Source: Raillietiella orientalis (lineage: Eukaryota). From it: DNA of 64,000 nt. Positions within the stretch are counted from its first letter, which is position 1; each line of letters begins with the position of its first letter. Below, in pieces: positions 11,800 to 23,715 of the stretch. The DNA lies in the NCBI GenBank assembly GCA_036172245.1, contig JAYWIR010000010.1, forward strand, positions 4,588,001 through 4,652,000, written 5' to 3'. The position numbers and the translations under genes were made by a program. The notes under the pieces were generated by a model. It was not told the DNA's origin. It made no database searches and saw nothing but the letters and a program-made list of their open reading frames with translations.

Positions 11800-13900
11800 A
11801 TCCTCAGCCACGCCCACCCCGAACCCTTCTGCTCCAGGCCGGCAAATGCTTGCCCCTTTCTTGCTGCGTGAGCTCCTGGTGGATGACCCGTTCTGGGCGA
11901 GGCGGTCGCGGACCGGGACCACCGCTCAGCGGCGGCGAAGGGCCGAGACTCCCGCTGAAGCGCGTCTTCCCTCTGTCTGTCCCCGGTCGCGATATTGCAA
12001 CGATGTGGTGGTGGCCTTGTGGACCCTCGTCCCTTCCTGACAGCGGACCGCGAACCGGAAGCGACGAGGCGAGTCGACACGTCGGTCCAGGGGAGAAAGC
12101 TACGAAAGAGCGCGGACGAAGGGCAGACGGAAGTCGGAGAAGGATTACGGTTGCTCGGGGCGAGGAAGGGGTGGAGAAAGCATTGGATCCTGCAGTCGAA
12201 AACTGGCCAAGGGGACCTCGTCTGGACTTTCCTCGAGAAGTCAGCGCAGTCGCTGCCTGACCGGCAGCGCTCGGCTGTGGGAAGCGTGCCATACCGGAAC
12301 TTGCGACGGCGGTCCCCCGGACAGGAAGATGGCCCTCAAGCATCCGCCACCAAGGAGGCGGATGCCTGAGGGAGCGAGAAATCTGAGTATTTTCCGACGA
12401 CGCCCTTCAAAACCACCACCCCTTCCAGCTCACTGGTGGCTCTCAGCAAGAGGACCGCCGTCTCTTCCTGAGGCGCGCGTCCAGCTGATCAGAGAGACCG
12501 CACTCGTCTCGAGACAAGGCGACCGGCGCCTGCCGAGCCTGACCTTTTCAGGTGGCACCGAGACCCGGGCGGCTTGGTGCGAGTACAGTGCAGCCGCGCC
12601 CGGGGATCGCTCCTGGTGACGCTGCCCGGTCTCCCGACCCTCCTCCGGCTGTACAGAGCCACAGAGGGGGATTCGAGACCTCGAATGCAACGACTCCGCC
12701 TGGAGGTCGAATTCGTCCTGCTCATCCTCGAGGAAGGTTTCGGCCCACCAAGCACCGGGGTCATCCGGACCTGCTTCTGGACGAATCGAGCGCGGACACC
12801 CCACTGTCCGCGGCCCGATGACCCTCGCCACGAGAAGCTCCGAGCGAGACCGAAGCGCCCAAGGGAACACGAAGGAAGGAATGGAAGGAATGGGCTCTCC
12901 CCTGAGGGGAACGCGGCCACCCCTAGCTCGCTGAACCGCGGGCCTCGGCGGCGCTCACGCAGGCACAGCAGGTTGGCAGCGCAGGCGTGGGGAGGCCGGA
13001 GGACAAGCGAGGGTGCAAGGTCGTCCTACTCCCCCGCGAGATCCCTTCTGGCACGCGGGAACCATCGCTGTGCAGGACACCCCTTCTTGGACGTGGCCCT
13101 TCGCAAAGGGGTAGCGCCGCAAAGCGACCGGAGATGAGCAGCATCGCTTCCGGTCAGCAGAACGGAAGTGGTGTCTCAGATGCGCGCAGCGGTGGTCGCT
13201 CTATAGAGGGAACGCACGCCTCGGGTCCACCCTCCGGACCGCCACCCTAGAGGGGAGGGGGGTCACCGCGGACCGACCGCACCGATGAGGATTCTACCGG
13301 AGCAGCTGACGGAGGAGCTACCGACGCGCGAGACGATCCACCTGCCTCTCGGAAGACAGGCTCGTGACGTCCCCCACCCAGGAGGCAGCCAAAGGGGCTC
13401 GTTTAGGCGCGATCGATAGGCTGTTCTCGGGGACGCCCAGCAGATTAGCGAGGAGAGGCCTCGTAGGGTAGCAGCTCTGCCACCGGGGCTTTGGAGGGTG
13501 GCGCGGCGGAGAAATAGGGGTTGACGGGACGGAGAGGAGCTGCCTCGACACCCTCGGCAGAGCGGGTCGAGGTAACCCCCTCCCCGTCGGCACGCGAGCG
13601 CACGTGGGGTGGGCACTATCGGTGCGAACGCCAGGAGGAATGGAATCCTTCTCGTCCTCCTCCCCGGACGCGTGGAGATGGGGATGTGGGAGGATGTTCC
13701 TGGGCGGCGCGATGCCCCGGGCGCCAGCTGCAGCATTTCCTCCGGCCCGAGCGTGCGCCGAGTCGGGAAGGGGAAGCACCTGGGGGGAGGATGAGCAGCC
13801 AGCCGGATGCAGCCGCCGCGCCGGTGGCCGACTGGGAGAGCGCGCATCCCGGAACGGCGTTTCCAGGAAGAACGGGATCGCAGCTTCCACCCCGAGCGGG
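11800..13900 (+). mobile_element. Decayed L1/Tx1-like LINE ORF2
   Basis: LRRRSPGQEDG (~12300; cf. KSPGxDG), LVSRQGDRRLP (~12500; cf. LIPKKGD) and C-terminal RRWP...ERRFQEERDRSF (~13820-13885), which matches the C-terminus of other copies in the window. Confidence 0.55.
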
Positions 13901-13981
13901 GATCAACGCGGGGCAAGCGGCGCCTACATTTTCGAGTTGCGGAGCCAAAGACTCCAACTTTCCATGCGCTTTATTTTCCAC

Positions 13982-14103
13982 GATACAGAAGCAGATAGAT
14001 GGAGGATATATACAGAAGCAGGTAGATAGATACAGAAGCAGGTAGACGAACGTCTGTATCTGTATCTGCATCGTGCAGATACAGATACAGACGTTCATCT
14101 ACC
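13982..14103. repeat. GATACAGAAGCAG(G)TAGA short tandem repeat followed by a 30-bp hairpin
   Basis: Three ACAGAAGCAG units. Arms 14041-14070 and 14074-14103 are complementary at 29/30 positions around a TCG loop. Confidence 0.9.
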
Positions 14104-15200
14104 GTCTTGAGAGACGTGTGTTGTGTTTGGCTGCTACAGCTTTGGTGAAGATTAGTACCTCTATGCTTTGAGCCACTTGATACTAAGGTCTCAGAACCGG
14201 ATGCTGGATGAACTTTATAATCAGCTTGATGTCGTTGCATGTCGTTTCATATTACATGTTTTTTCTTTTCCCCATCTTTCGACATCCCCAACAGCATCTT
14301 TTTTTTCAAATGTTCTTTGACTGGAGAAATTTCACTATGACACTCGTTTGCGGAGCACAGCTGTTCATTCTTCGAGTTAGCCTGAGAAGAAAGCGAGCTT
14401 TCTATCGTTACAGAGGTGGAGATGGATATTTTTTTTTTCATCTATCCAAGCCTTTTTTTCTTTTTTTCCCAACTTGTAAGGCTCACTGTTCTGAGTTTCG
14501 AGCACCTGCGACTTCAGCTGCAAAGCGATGCCTGCAAATCACCAATCACTCCTGGACTAAAAGGAAGGGGGGCGGGGGGGGGAAGAACAAATACTGATGA
14601 TTATTCTGCTGCATTAATGAACCAGAATGAGTTAGCACTCAACATGGAACAAGCCAAAAGCGTGAAATATCACCGACTCCAATTAAAAATTATGGCTGCT
14701 GGTTCTTTGGCACAGGAACGCGTTGCCGCACTTGCAAATTTGGGGAGGCGCGCACGAAGCATTCATAATCCTACGGGTAATTGTTTCCTTCACTCTGTTG
14801 GGCTTACCTCTAAAATTTAGATCCAGCTTTATTCTTGGGGAAGTTCTTTGGGAAGGGAACTCCACTCCAGATGTCACGTCCTTTTCCTCACAGGCACTTA
14901 CGGCCCTCGTTTGCGATAGGAGGCTAAGGCTAGATGCGAATACAGGTGCCTTATGACATCTGTACCACAGTATCCATCCGGATTACGACGAATAAAGATT
15001 TGTTTGTACACAGTAGACACGTCAGATTTACATAAAACAGCTTGAGTTCACATGTACGAAATTAATCGAAAATCAAATAATAGGTACTTGTTCATCACAT
15101 ACGAGTACACATCTGATATAAATTTCGTATTATGCAATGGAAGGATATATAAGATTGTACTTTCTCGTGCAGTACAGTGTAATTATGCTAAACGTAGCAT

Positions 15201-15273
15201 GCCGCATTGTATATGGCCGCGGGGAACTGGATGTATATTGGCGTCAGCGTAAAACACGGTCTCGGAGTGAGCG
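15201..15273. repeat. Diverged copy of the 103-bp YR-associated cassette
   Basis: GCATTGT..TGGCC, TGGCGTCA and CGGTCTCGG..GAGCG occur in the same order and nearly the same spacing (35 and 18 nt versus 32 and 19 nt) as in 7562-7664. Confidence 0.55.
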
Positions 15274-15599
15274 TAGGCTCAGAGTTCTTCTGGAGTAAGT
15301 CCCCAGGGATTCGAATGGACGCTCATCTTACCTTTTCTTTAACTCGGAATGGCAATTCTCTTGCGAAACAACACCAGCAAACCTGACTATTATAAATGCT
15401 GAGAAAGGCAACTTGGACTTCCGGGAGCGAAAGAGTTTGGAGCATATGAGAGGGCGAGGCCACTATCCGCGATCCATTCTCAGCTTTGGAGGAGGTTTCA
15501 AGACCTTAGGGTTGCCAAGATAGAGTCTGATGGAAACAGCCACACATAGGAGTACCTGTTGTTCCCTTGGCATCCACGAAAGTCTCTAGGGATCAGCAA

Positions 15600-16080
15600 A
15601 ATTGCCCTGCATCCAAGACAAGGGTCTTTTCACTGCTTGTATCAATGCAAACACGATATGGAAGATGCCATCCAGATTCCCAGAGTGTCAGCTGACGTGA
15701 CCTGTGTTTTACAGAGAATCGAAAGATCATTTGGATTCGTTTTGCTCCTAATCGCAGCTTCCATTCTGTTGGGTGCATTACAGCTCACTCTTGATGCCCC
15801 GCTTCTTTCTCCTAAGGATGGCCATCAAGCAATGTTCCGTGATGCTGATGAATTCCTTCCAGGAAAAAGAAATGAGGATGCCCTTGCTGTTTCCAACACA
15901 GACTCGTGGTTGAGAGGCAAGCCACTGCTAGAGCTAAAGATCCTGCTTCCTTTGCTTTTTCTCCCTTACCAACACCATTGTATTAAGCACCCACTTAGCA
16001 TGCCGCTGCTCCGTTCGTGTTAGCTTCCCGAATGTATGCAAACCTCTAGAGCAAAGTGGACCACCTCGTACTTATCTTCC
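15600..16080 (-). pseudogene. Decayed tyrosine recombinase ORF (YR3)
   Basis: ORF 15593-15778 reads LRLGA...WESGWHLPY. R-to-W is 24 and R-to-Y is 32 residues, within one residue of the HSxRxGAAT...GRWxS.....Y catalytic motif. SFLFPG lies upstream. Confidence 0.55.
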
Positions 16081-16353
16081 ATGCTCTGATTCTGGCTTAT
16101 CCTTGGAGATTTTAAGATAAACTGCTAACCGGAATGCCAAGAAATGAAACTTCCTCCTCTCCATCTCCTTGGAACAAATTACGGCCTCTGGACGGTCGAC
16201 GCTAATATAAGGATGCCCGTTTGATCATCTGACAGTCTCTGGAACTTGACTCGTGCTTGACTGATGTGGGCTTCTTGTATACCAAATCACATCTACCACT
16301 TGTATACCAAACCACATCTATCACATTACCAATGTGATGATATTTTGGACTTT

Positions 16354-16578
16354 TCCTATTTCATCCTTTTCTATCCCATCCTACTCTACCCTATTTGACT
16401 TTATCCCATTCTAACCTTCTCTTCCCTGCCCTATCACATCCCATTCTATTTCATCCTTTTTTATTCTATCCTACTCTACCCTACTGGACTTATCTATGCT
16501 ACTCTAATCTTCTCTTCACCGCCCTGTTACATCTCATTCTATTTCATCCTTTTCCACTCTACCCCATCCTATTTCATT
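16354..16578. repeat. ~90-93 bp minisatellite built of CTATC/CTACT/CTATT pentamers
   Basis: CTATTTCATCCTTTT recurs at ~16356, 16446 and 16539. The strand is almost free of G. Confidence 0.85.
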
Positions 16579-16899
16579 ATTTTTATTTCATTCCTCCTTG
16601 GTGCTACCGCACGACAGCATTCGGAACTTGCAAAGGACTGGAGAAGATGCCAGCTCCATCTGTCATCGGAAATTTTAGGAGTATCAAATTTGCTGGCGGC
16701 GTTCAGCAGACGCGTTGCTCGCATTGGCGGCAGGCACAGCAGTCGAAGAAGGTGCAGATGAAGGAGGCGGCGGCTTCCATGTCCCACTGAGGGCTGCAGT
16801 CTGCACCTGCAATCTTCTAGCCGCCTGTCGCCTGTCGATCCCAACGGAGTGGGCCGAGCCCGAAAAGCGGGGAGCAGGAAGCTGCTCTTCGGGAAGTCG

Positions 16900-17900
16900 C
16901 AGTTCTGTGCCACGGGGCGGGCTCCTGCCTTGACGCGGGTCCGTCCTTTCCAAAAGAACCGGTGACTCCAAGAAGAGAGGTTTTCGCGTTTCTTCCTTCC
17001 TCCTCGAACCCCCTTCCACCCTCTCTCGCTGAGGAGGCGGCAACCGTGAAGCAGAGAGCAGCATCCGGCCTCCAGGCGCATCAGGGAAGGCAACGTTCGG
17101 AGCCCGCCTCGAGTCCTCTTCGATCCCAGTTTCGGGAATAGAGTGGCTAGGAGAGCCAAGCAGAGTGAGAAGGGTTCCCTTTAAAGGGGGTGGCTATTCC
17201 CTTTCCCATGAAGAGGATTCTCTCCCCGCTGCCATCACCACCTTGGAGGCATGGGCAAGAGGACTGTACCACATTGAGGTCACTTGGACCGTTGTCGTCC
17301 GGTCTTGGAGGAAACGCTGTAGAGGCTGGCACGCGTGTGCAGGGCCGACCATCTGTGTCCATCTCCACGGAGACGAGGCCTTGTTCTCTGAGACTCGGTC
17401 CCGGGTCACACTGGAGATGAAAAGAGACGTTAAGAGCCAGAAAGATGGCTACTACCCTGCTCCTCTTTCTCACCCGTCTCCAGCATCAGGAGCGAGGGAG
17501 GAAGAGAACGCCCAAGGACAGACGGCACAGCGAAGCCAGAGACCAGCCCTGTGAAGCGAGATTCCTCCTACCATCTATCAGGGAATCACAGAAGCAGTTA
17601 GCTCTCCATGTACGCCCGCTCAGCCGATGGATGTGACGGTGCCCCGGAAGATGAAACAACGGATAGGAGAGTGTTCCCCTTCCGAATTCCCCACAGCCAT
17701 TCTGTGAACCCCGGTTTGGCGGTAGAGGGCATCTCTGTGTAGCCAGAGAAACGTTCTTGCGCTCTCTCTGGGGCTTCTCTTTAGCAAGGATGACCCACCC
17801 TGCCTCGAGAGGCCACGTGGTGTCGTCCTCTTGGCTGAGAACTCGTCGGCACCACTAGGCGAGAATTCCGAGTGGTACCTCACCTGACTGGAGAAAGGAT
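16900..17900 (-). pseudogene. Possible decayed LINE RT region
   Basis: FSPSGADEFS (cf. SPGxDGF), RQGGSSLLKR (cf. GxITLLPK) and VAIFLALNVSF (cf. LxLDxxKAF) appear in order, but each match is weak. Confidence 0.3.
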
Positions 17901-18279
17901 CGGGAAACTTGTGACCCATGCCCCCGCGAGTCCTGGAGAGACGGCGAAGCTAGTGCCCTGAATCATCGGTGCCACCCTTCCAGCACTGGAGCCAACCTCC
18001 GCTACAGGTGCGCCACTGTGGCTGCACGGAGAGGACGGGGGAGGGACTCGTGGTCGCAGCTTCGCCTTCATCTCTGCTGCCCCCGTGGGCAGGGAGCCCA
18101 CACTTCGGGAACTTTCCAGGACTGTTGCTCTTGCAAGTCTGGTTTAGTAGTCCGCGATTGAGCATGAAGTGAGCCACTTAGAACGGACCCCAAATTGATC
18201 GCGTCAAGGCAGTTCCTCGTTTCTCTTTTCATTCCCGAACGAATCCACCCCACTTTTGGTTCCAAGGTCAGTCTCGAGC

Positions 18280-18370
18280 TGTCACGTCACGGAGCCGGAC
18301 TCGGGTCGGAGTCGTGTTCTAGTCGTTCTGTTTTTAGATTGCATTGCTGGCCGCCGCAAAGCGGCTGATC
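18280..18370. repeat. Diverged copy of the 103-bp YR-associated cassette
   Basis: CGTCACGGAGCCGGACTCGGGTCGGAG...TGTTTTTAGATTGCATTGCTGGCC...GCTGATC aligns across the unit junction of the 7562-7819 array. Confidence 0.85.
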
Positions 18371-18579
18371 AGACACTCTGACCACTCCAACTTCCAGTTG
18401 ATGGATCCGATATTGAGTGGCTCTCCCCAATAATCAGGTACCCGTGATCCCTTCGTCCCTTACCTTTCCTGAAGATCCCGGAAAACCTTCTGTACCGAGT
18501 GGCTGATCCAGTTCTCCCATACCCGTTATTGGTTGATTTATATATTCCCATCCATGAATTTCCTCCTCCCATCCCACTT

Positions 18580-19110
18580 TAAGGACCGATCACGAGATGC
18601 CCCTCGTGATCGTACACCGGTCAACTTGTAGTAAGAAAAATTCTGGACCAGAACGAGAGGTTCTGAAGAGCTCCCTCGGACAGAATGGGGTGGAGGACCT
18701 CTGCCGTCACTCCAAGGAAACGGTTGCAGCTCCGGTAGAAGTGAGGCGGATGAAGACAAGGCAAACGCCCGCCAATAACTTTTCGATTACCCTCTTGTCT
18801 GCCTGCACGCCGAGCGAGCGCCCGTCGCAGGAGCTTTAGCAGGCTGAGATCCGAGGAACGTCGGCGGGCTACCGGGAGAGATGGGGATCCCGCGGAGTTG
18901 GCTGGCATGGTGGAGATATGCGGTGAAGCACCGGGTGCGGAACACATCAGGAAGGCGCTGACGCGTTCCAGTATCGCGTGATGCCTCTCGGAGACGTTGC
19001 CTGGGAGACGCCGATTGCAGTAAGGACCGCACTCGGACAGTTCTGCCCCCTGCTGATCGAACGAGGATGCAAGAGGCAGTGATGGAAACTCCCCTCATAG
19101 GGAATCTCTC
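18580..19110 (-). pseudogene. Decayed tyrosine recombinase ORF (YR4), DIRS1-like motifs
   Basis: ILVRSAGGRTVRVRSLL (box I-like), VFRTRCFTAYLHHASQLR (cf. LCPVRALxxYLxxTxxxR) and PHSVRGSSS at ~18670-18690 (H-S-x-R box II). Confidence 0.6.
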
Positions 19111-21426
19111 CACCTAATCGAAGACTTTGGAAATCCAAGACTATCCAAGTCCTTCGAATTCCCCGGGAATCAATCCGTGCACTCGGAGAACGACCGAAGA
19201 GGGAGCACTGGGGGAGGGGAGGAGAACAATCAGCACGGAATCTTCCCCTGAGAAAAGCAGCAGCCCCGAGGCTGATTTTCTATCGGTGCAAGGGTTGACT
19301 CCGACTCAGGGAAGGTCAGGCTCATGCCGGGAGAATCAAACGCGTCCGACTCCCTTCCGGCTCCCGCTCGGTCGTTTGACCTTTCGACCTCATCAGAATC
19401 CAAAGAAACCAGATCCACGATGTAGGATAATGCCCTCTAAACTTTATCAGCATCCAGAGGCATTTTTTCGCTTCCACATCTTCCGGAGCCTCGATGAACG
19501 CTAGAAACGTTTCACCTAAAAATGCGTCTTCTCTCTGACCACGAAGACTTGAACTTGGTTTAGTTCTGCTTCTGTCCAGCTCACTTAGGGACTCTTCATG
19601 CTCTGCTTCATGCTTGACTTCCTCCCTCTCTTTCCTTTTCTTTTTTTTTTGCAACCGCGAAAAAGAAATTCGAAAGAGAAAGATGCGACCTTGACCTTGC
19701 TCGGGGATTTCCACCCGTTCGTCCTGCACGATCTGAGCTCACGTAGCACCTCGTGCGGTTTGACTCCTGCTGTCTTCAGAGCTTGAATGAGTGCTTCTCC
19801 CCTCCTCTAAGACCGGAAAGCGGAAGTGATTTAGCCCGGAAGAAAGCCTTCACGCACGCCCCCACTTCGGTGGCGATGGCTGTCCCACCAATGACCAGAA
19901 AGAGCTCTTAATCATGCGAGATTTAATCAAGCGTTTCCCTGTATAAGGAAGCCGGTGGTACTTTGCACAGCTGAATAAGGTTGGCACCCCTGGGAGGCAG
20001 ACAAAAAGCAGCGCGAAGCCGGCTGCACATGCGCGGTTTGAACTTGGCGCTTCGGCGGATTGCAGAAGAGGAAACGGGATGAGAGGAACAAGGCTGTTTG
20101 TTTTTCCCGCAGCTTGGCTGTCGACGGAAGAGCGACCGAAAGTCGAACGCAACCGAACGTCTTGTTCTCCCATTACATGCGTTGCTGTGGGTGTGCGATT
20201 TCTTTGTTTCCTGAGAAACGACAACCATCATCACTGATGTGTGGAATGCTGTCAGGTTTGGGGCACCTCGGACGTCTGTCTGTCTCTGGTCCTTCCAGAA
20301 TTCTGTCCACGATTTCCCGTTACACGGAAATTGTTGATCCGTTGCTCAACAGGAAACGAGACGATGGAAAGCACGGCTACTGTTGGACCCTTCATTCCCC
20401 GAGCTTCGGACTGTTTCTGTATCCCGAATTTTCCTTTTGAATTTCCCGGTCCTCTGTCTTGAAATTCTGTTTTTCGATTTTCGCTTGGTGGGAATCGCTT
20501 TTCTCGTACACCCCTACCACAAACCCATATGGTTCCTAGGTGCAACACTCGCAATGTTTTAGATCCGAAGGGTGCAAAACACCACATTTCGTTTTGAGCA
20601 GGTGAGCTGCACAAGCACTCTTGCTGTTTGTATAAATTATCCTTAAACAGATGCGTGACATCACCGAAAGTGGAGTATCCGAAAGAAAAACCTTTCTTTC
20701 TTTACCAAGGGAAACACAAATTCTGATGACTAGCTGCTTCCGTGAAACTGTCCCCTCGTCGATACTCTTCCTAGGGAAAACCTGCTCTCTCCGATGACCC
20801 ACGATGGCAATCGAAATAACTAACTTCACCCGTCCTTTTTCTCTTCTTGTACGTGTGTGTGTGTTGGACAGCCTCAAGTGCAAAAGTGTAAGGCGTCCTA
20901 AAACCGACGTTACTTATCACGAATAAAACTCCTCCAAAGTAATGGAAGTAGCAGAGCTCGAACAAAAGCACATGTTACCATCTCTGATGACCTGCATAGG
21001 ACCGAAGCGTCGACGAGTTTCAGGATAATCCACGGAAATCACGTGGCTGACGAGCGGTTCCGTCGATTGGTGACTTTAGGGCGCTGCCACTCGAAGCACA
21101 TGGCGACTGCTCCTGATGAACTTGCTCAAGAAGCTGGAGCGATGAAGGACTTCTGAGTGCTTCCTTTCCCCAGCAACCAGGTTGCTACGCATTGTGGCTC
21201 ACTTGATTTAAAAAGCACCGCTGTTGCCCGATCAAGCTGCACGATTCTTTTTCATCGTGGTCAGTTTTCAAGTTTGCCAGGTCGATACGAGGTTCCGAAG
21301 CTCGTGGGTCGACTGAAACGGTTCGGGTCCGTCAGATTGTAGGGGATTTCCCGCTCGGGGATCGCAAAGTGCGTTTTCTGCATGAGCGAGGTCGCCTCCC
21401 GTCAGAACCAACGGAACATTTGCAAC

Positions 21427-21617
21427 GAACAGAATGGGAGAATGCAAAAATGGCGATATCGAGCGCAAAGATAGGCGAGGGAAAACACTGAAACCTCCCT
21501 CCCCCTCTCTCTCTCTCCCCCGCCCCCTTCCCCATCTACTGAACTTTGCAAAGATGTGGATGGTGGTCAGTAGATTCCCGCGTACATCCGAGCTCAGGAA
21601 CCGTTTCGAAGAACACA
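21427..21617. repeat. Dispersed direct repeat, copy 1 (unclassified)
   Basis: Colinear similarity to 23548-23715 (GGGAGAATG, CACTGAAA, CTGAACTTT, AGCTCAGGA, GAACACA). Confidence 0.8.
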
Positions 21618-22849
21618 CATGAATCCGAACCGGATAAAGAAAGCGAAGTTTCATCGGCAAGTCCACATCTCAGGCAATCCTTCCCGAGTTCAACTGTGGG
21701 TTTTCCGTTCTCGCGTCGCGAATCGTTCACCTGGATCGATGCGTTTCTTCCAACAACTGGCAGATCTCTTGTTAATTCGAAAGTAGCCGGAAGATGTGTT
21801 CACAGGCTCTTCCCACCTGCGCTCTGATTTGAGTTCCTCCAGGCTCACCTCTGGAGCCATGGTGAGAATGGGCTGTTTCTACCCGAGGAACAGATTGTTT
21901 GGAACTCCGATCGCTTTTGCCTTAGTGTCACCTCCATGCCTGTTTTACTCTCCCAGCTTTTCAGATTGGTGGGTGTCGCTTCCCACGGGCGCTCTGATGT
22001 GCCGCTTGCTCCGTTCCTCCTCACCGGAATGCTCCACCGAGGGCGCTGTCCAGCTTGTAGCCACGGACGCTGTTCGCCTTCTCTTGGACGCGCACGGTGA
22101 GTCAAGGAACACGTTTCCGTGTACGTTTTGAAGCATCCTCCCCGCAAAATAATCAGGGGGTAGGAAGCTGTCCCCCACCTCCCCCCACATACTGAGGAAA
22201 CGAGGAAGATTCCTTGGAAATTTTGTGATTCATAGTGGCTCCCTATCTTTTCTATACATTGTATTAAAGAGTTTCATGTTGCTTGGAGGCGGTGAATTGC
22301 GAATCTCTTTGAAATCGGCCATCTGTGAACAGCTGATGAAGGCCGGAGCAAACTCCCCTGGAAACTTTCAAATGTCCGTTGCGTCGAACCCTTCTGGAGG
22401 AAGAATGGCTGGAACAAGGTGAATGTCTTAGGCCAAACGCAAATCTCAGAAATTCATGTGATAAGAAGGGAAAGTGGACCACCGTAGGACCTCTAAAGAG
22501 GTAGGAGCGCTGTGGTTAGCTAACGATGAAACACCGCTGGAAACGGGACTATTATGGCAAGAGTTTTGCAATTTTCCACTGAACGTCTTCTCGAGAACCC
22601 ATGCGAGGACCAGCGCACTGAAGGTTATCCTTTAAGCTGTTCCTTCGAGCAAAAACGAAAGGAGGAATGGTTTTGATCCGCCGACGCCGAGACATTTATT
22701 CAAAAAAAGCGAACAAACTGCAAGTGAGAGGGGCAAGAACCCTCAAAAACGAGAAATGCTAAAAAATAAGCAAGTTCATCGGGGATAACCTCCGGAACTC
22801 AGGCCGACTTCCAAAAAGTAGGGAACAGAGGGAGGGAGCAATGAGTAAA

Positions 22850-23320
22850 TAAAAAAAAAACGGGAGGGTGACGACAAAGATCTTTGATTAAAGGCGTTTC
22901 TTTCCTTCTGGAAGCGGCTCTGGACGGTGGAGATCCCCCAGGAGACTTCTTCCGGCATCTGAGGCCACCTTGCTGCTTTCCTCACGAAGGCGGCTGCTGC
23001 CATAACGGTGGTCTATCTTTGCAGCGAACCTGACTCCAACACGTGGCGGGCTGTTACCATGGCGCGGATGCAACCGATAGTGGCGATCACAGACCCTTCT
23101 CCAGCCCACCTCCGGTGAAGAAGCGTCAGGTCAAGTCCGAAGCGGAGGAGGAGGGTCCTGCGGTTATCGGGCCTCCGTAGTGAGTCTCCGCCACATGTCC
23201 TCCAGGGCGCTGCAGTCCTGCAGGAGGTGAGGGGCGATGGAATTCACCTCCTGGGGAGTCGCCTCCCTCAAACAGCTCGGAAAGGCAACTCCCCAGGAGG
23301 TGTGGTGGGATTGTTGGCAA
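22850..23320 (-). mobile_element. LINE ORF2 3' fragment with zf-RVT remnant
   Basis: PHLLQDCSALEDMWRRL (zf-RVT HLLxDC..W) followed by AARWPQM...ISTVQSRFQKERNAF and a T-rich tail. Confidence 0.7.
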
Positions 23321-23547
23321 CGGCTGCTGCTTCCGGTGGAAATAGCTACCTCAGCGCTGGCATTTCCGAGCTGCTCTGCGGTGGATTCATTTCGGTGCGT
23401 CTGTCCGGTGGAAATCGACAGCACTTCGACCGCTGGGTTTCGTCATCTTGGATCCTCTGTGGCGAAAACGGCAGTGCCAACAGGGAAGAAATAAAAAAAA
23501 AAAAAAACAATGCCAGTCGTCTACACAGTTGATGCGTTTGTCTCGAA

Positions 23548-23715
23548 GAACGGAACGGGAGAATGAGAAAACGGCGATTTCGAACTCGTGAAGATGAGCG
23601 AACGAGCACACTGAAAATCTCCCACCCCCATCCGCACTGAACTTTCCGAAGATGCGGATCGTGATTGGAAGGTTCCTGCAGACATCCCAGCTCAGGAGCG
23701 GTTCCGGAGAACACA
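23548..23715. repeat. Dispersed direct repeat, copy 2 (unclassified)
   Basis: Homologous to 21427-21617. Confidence 0.8.
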
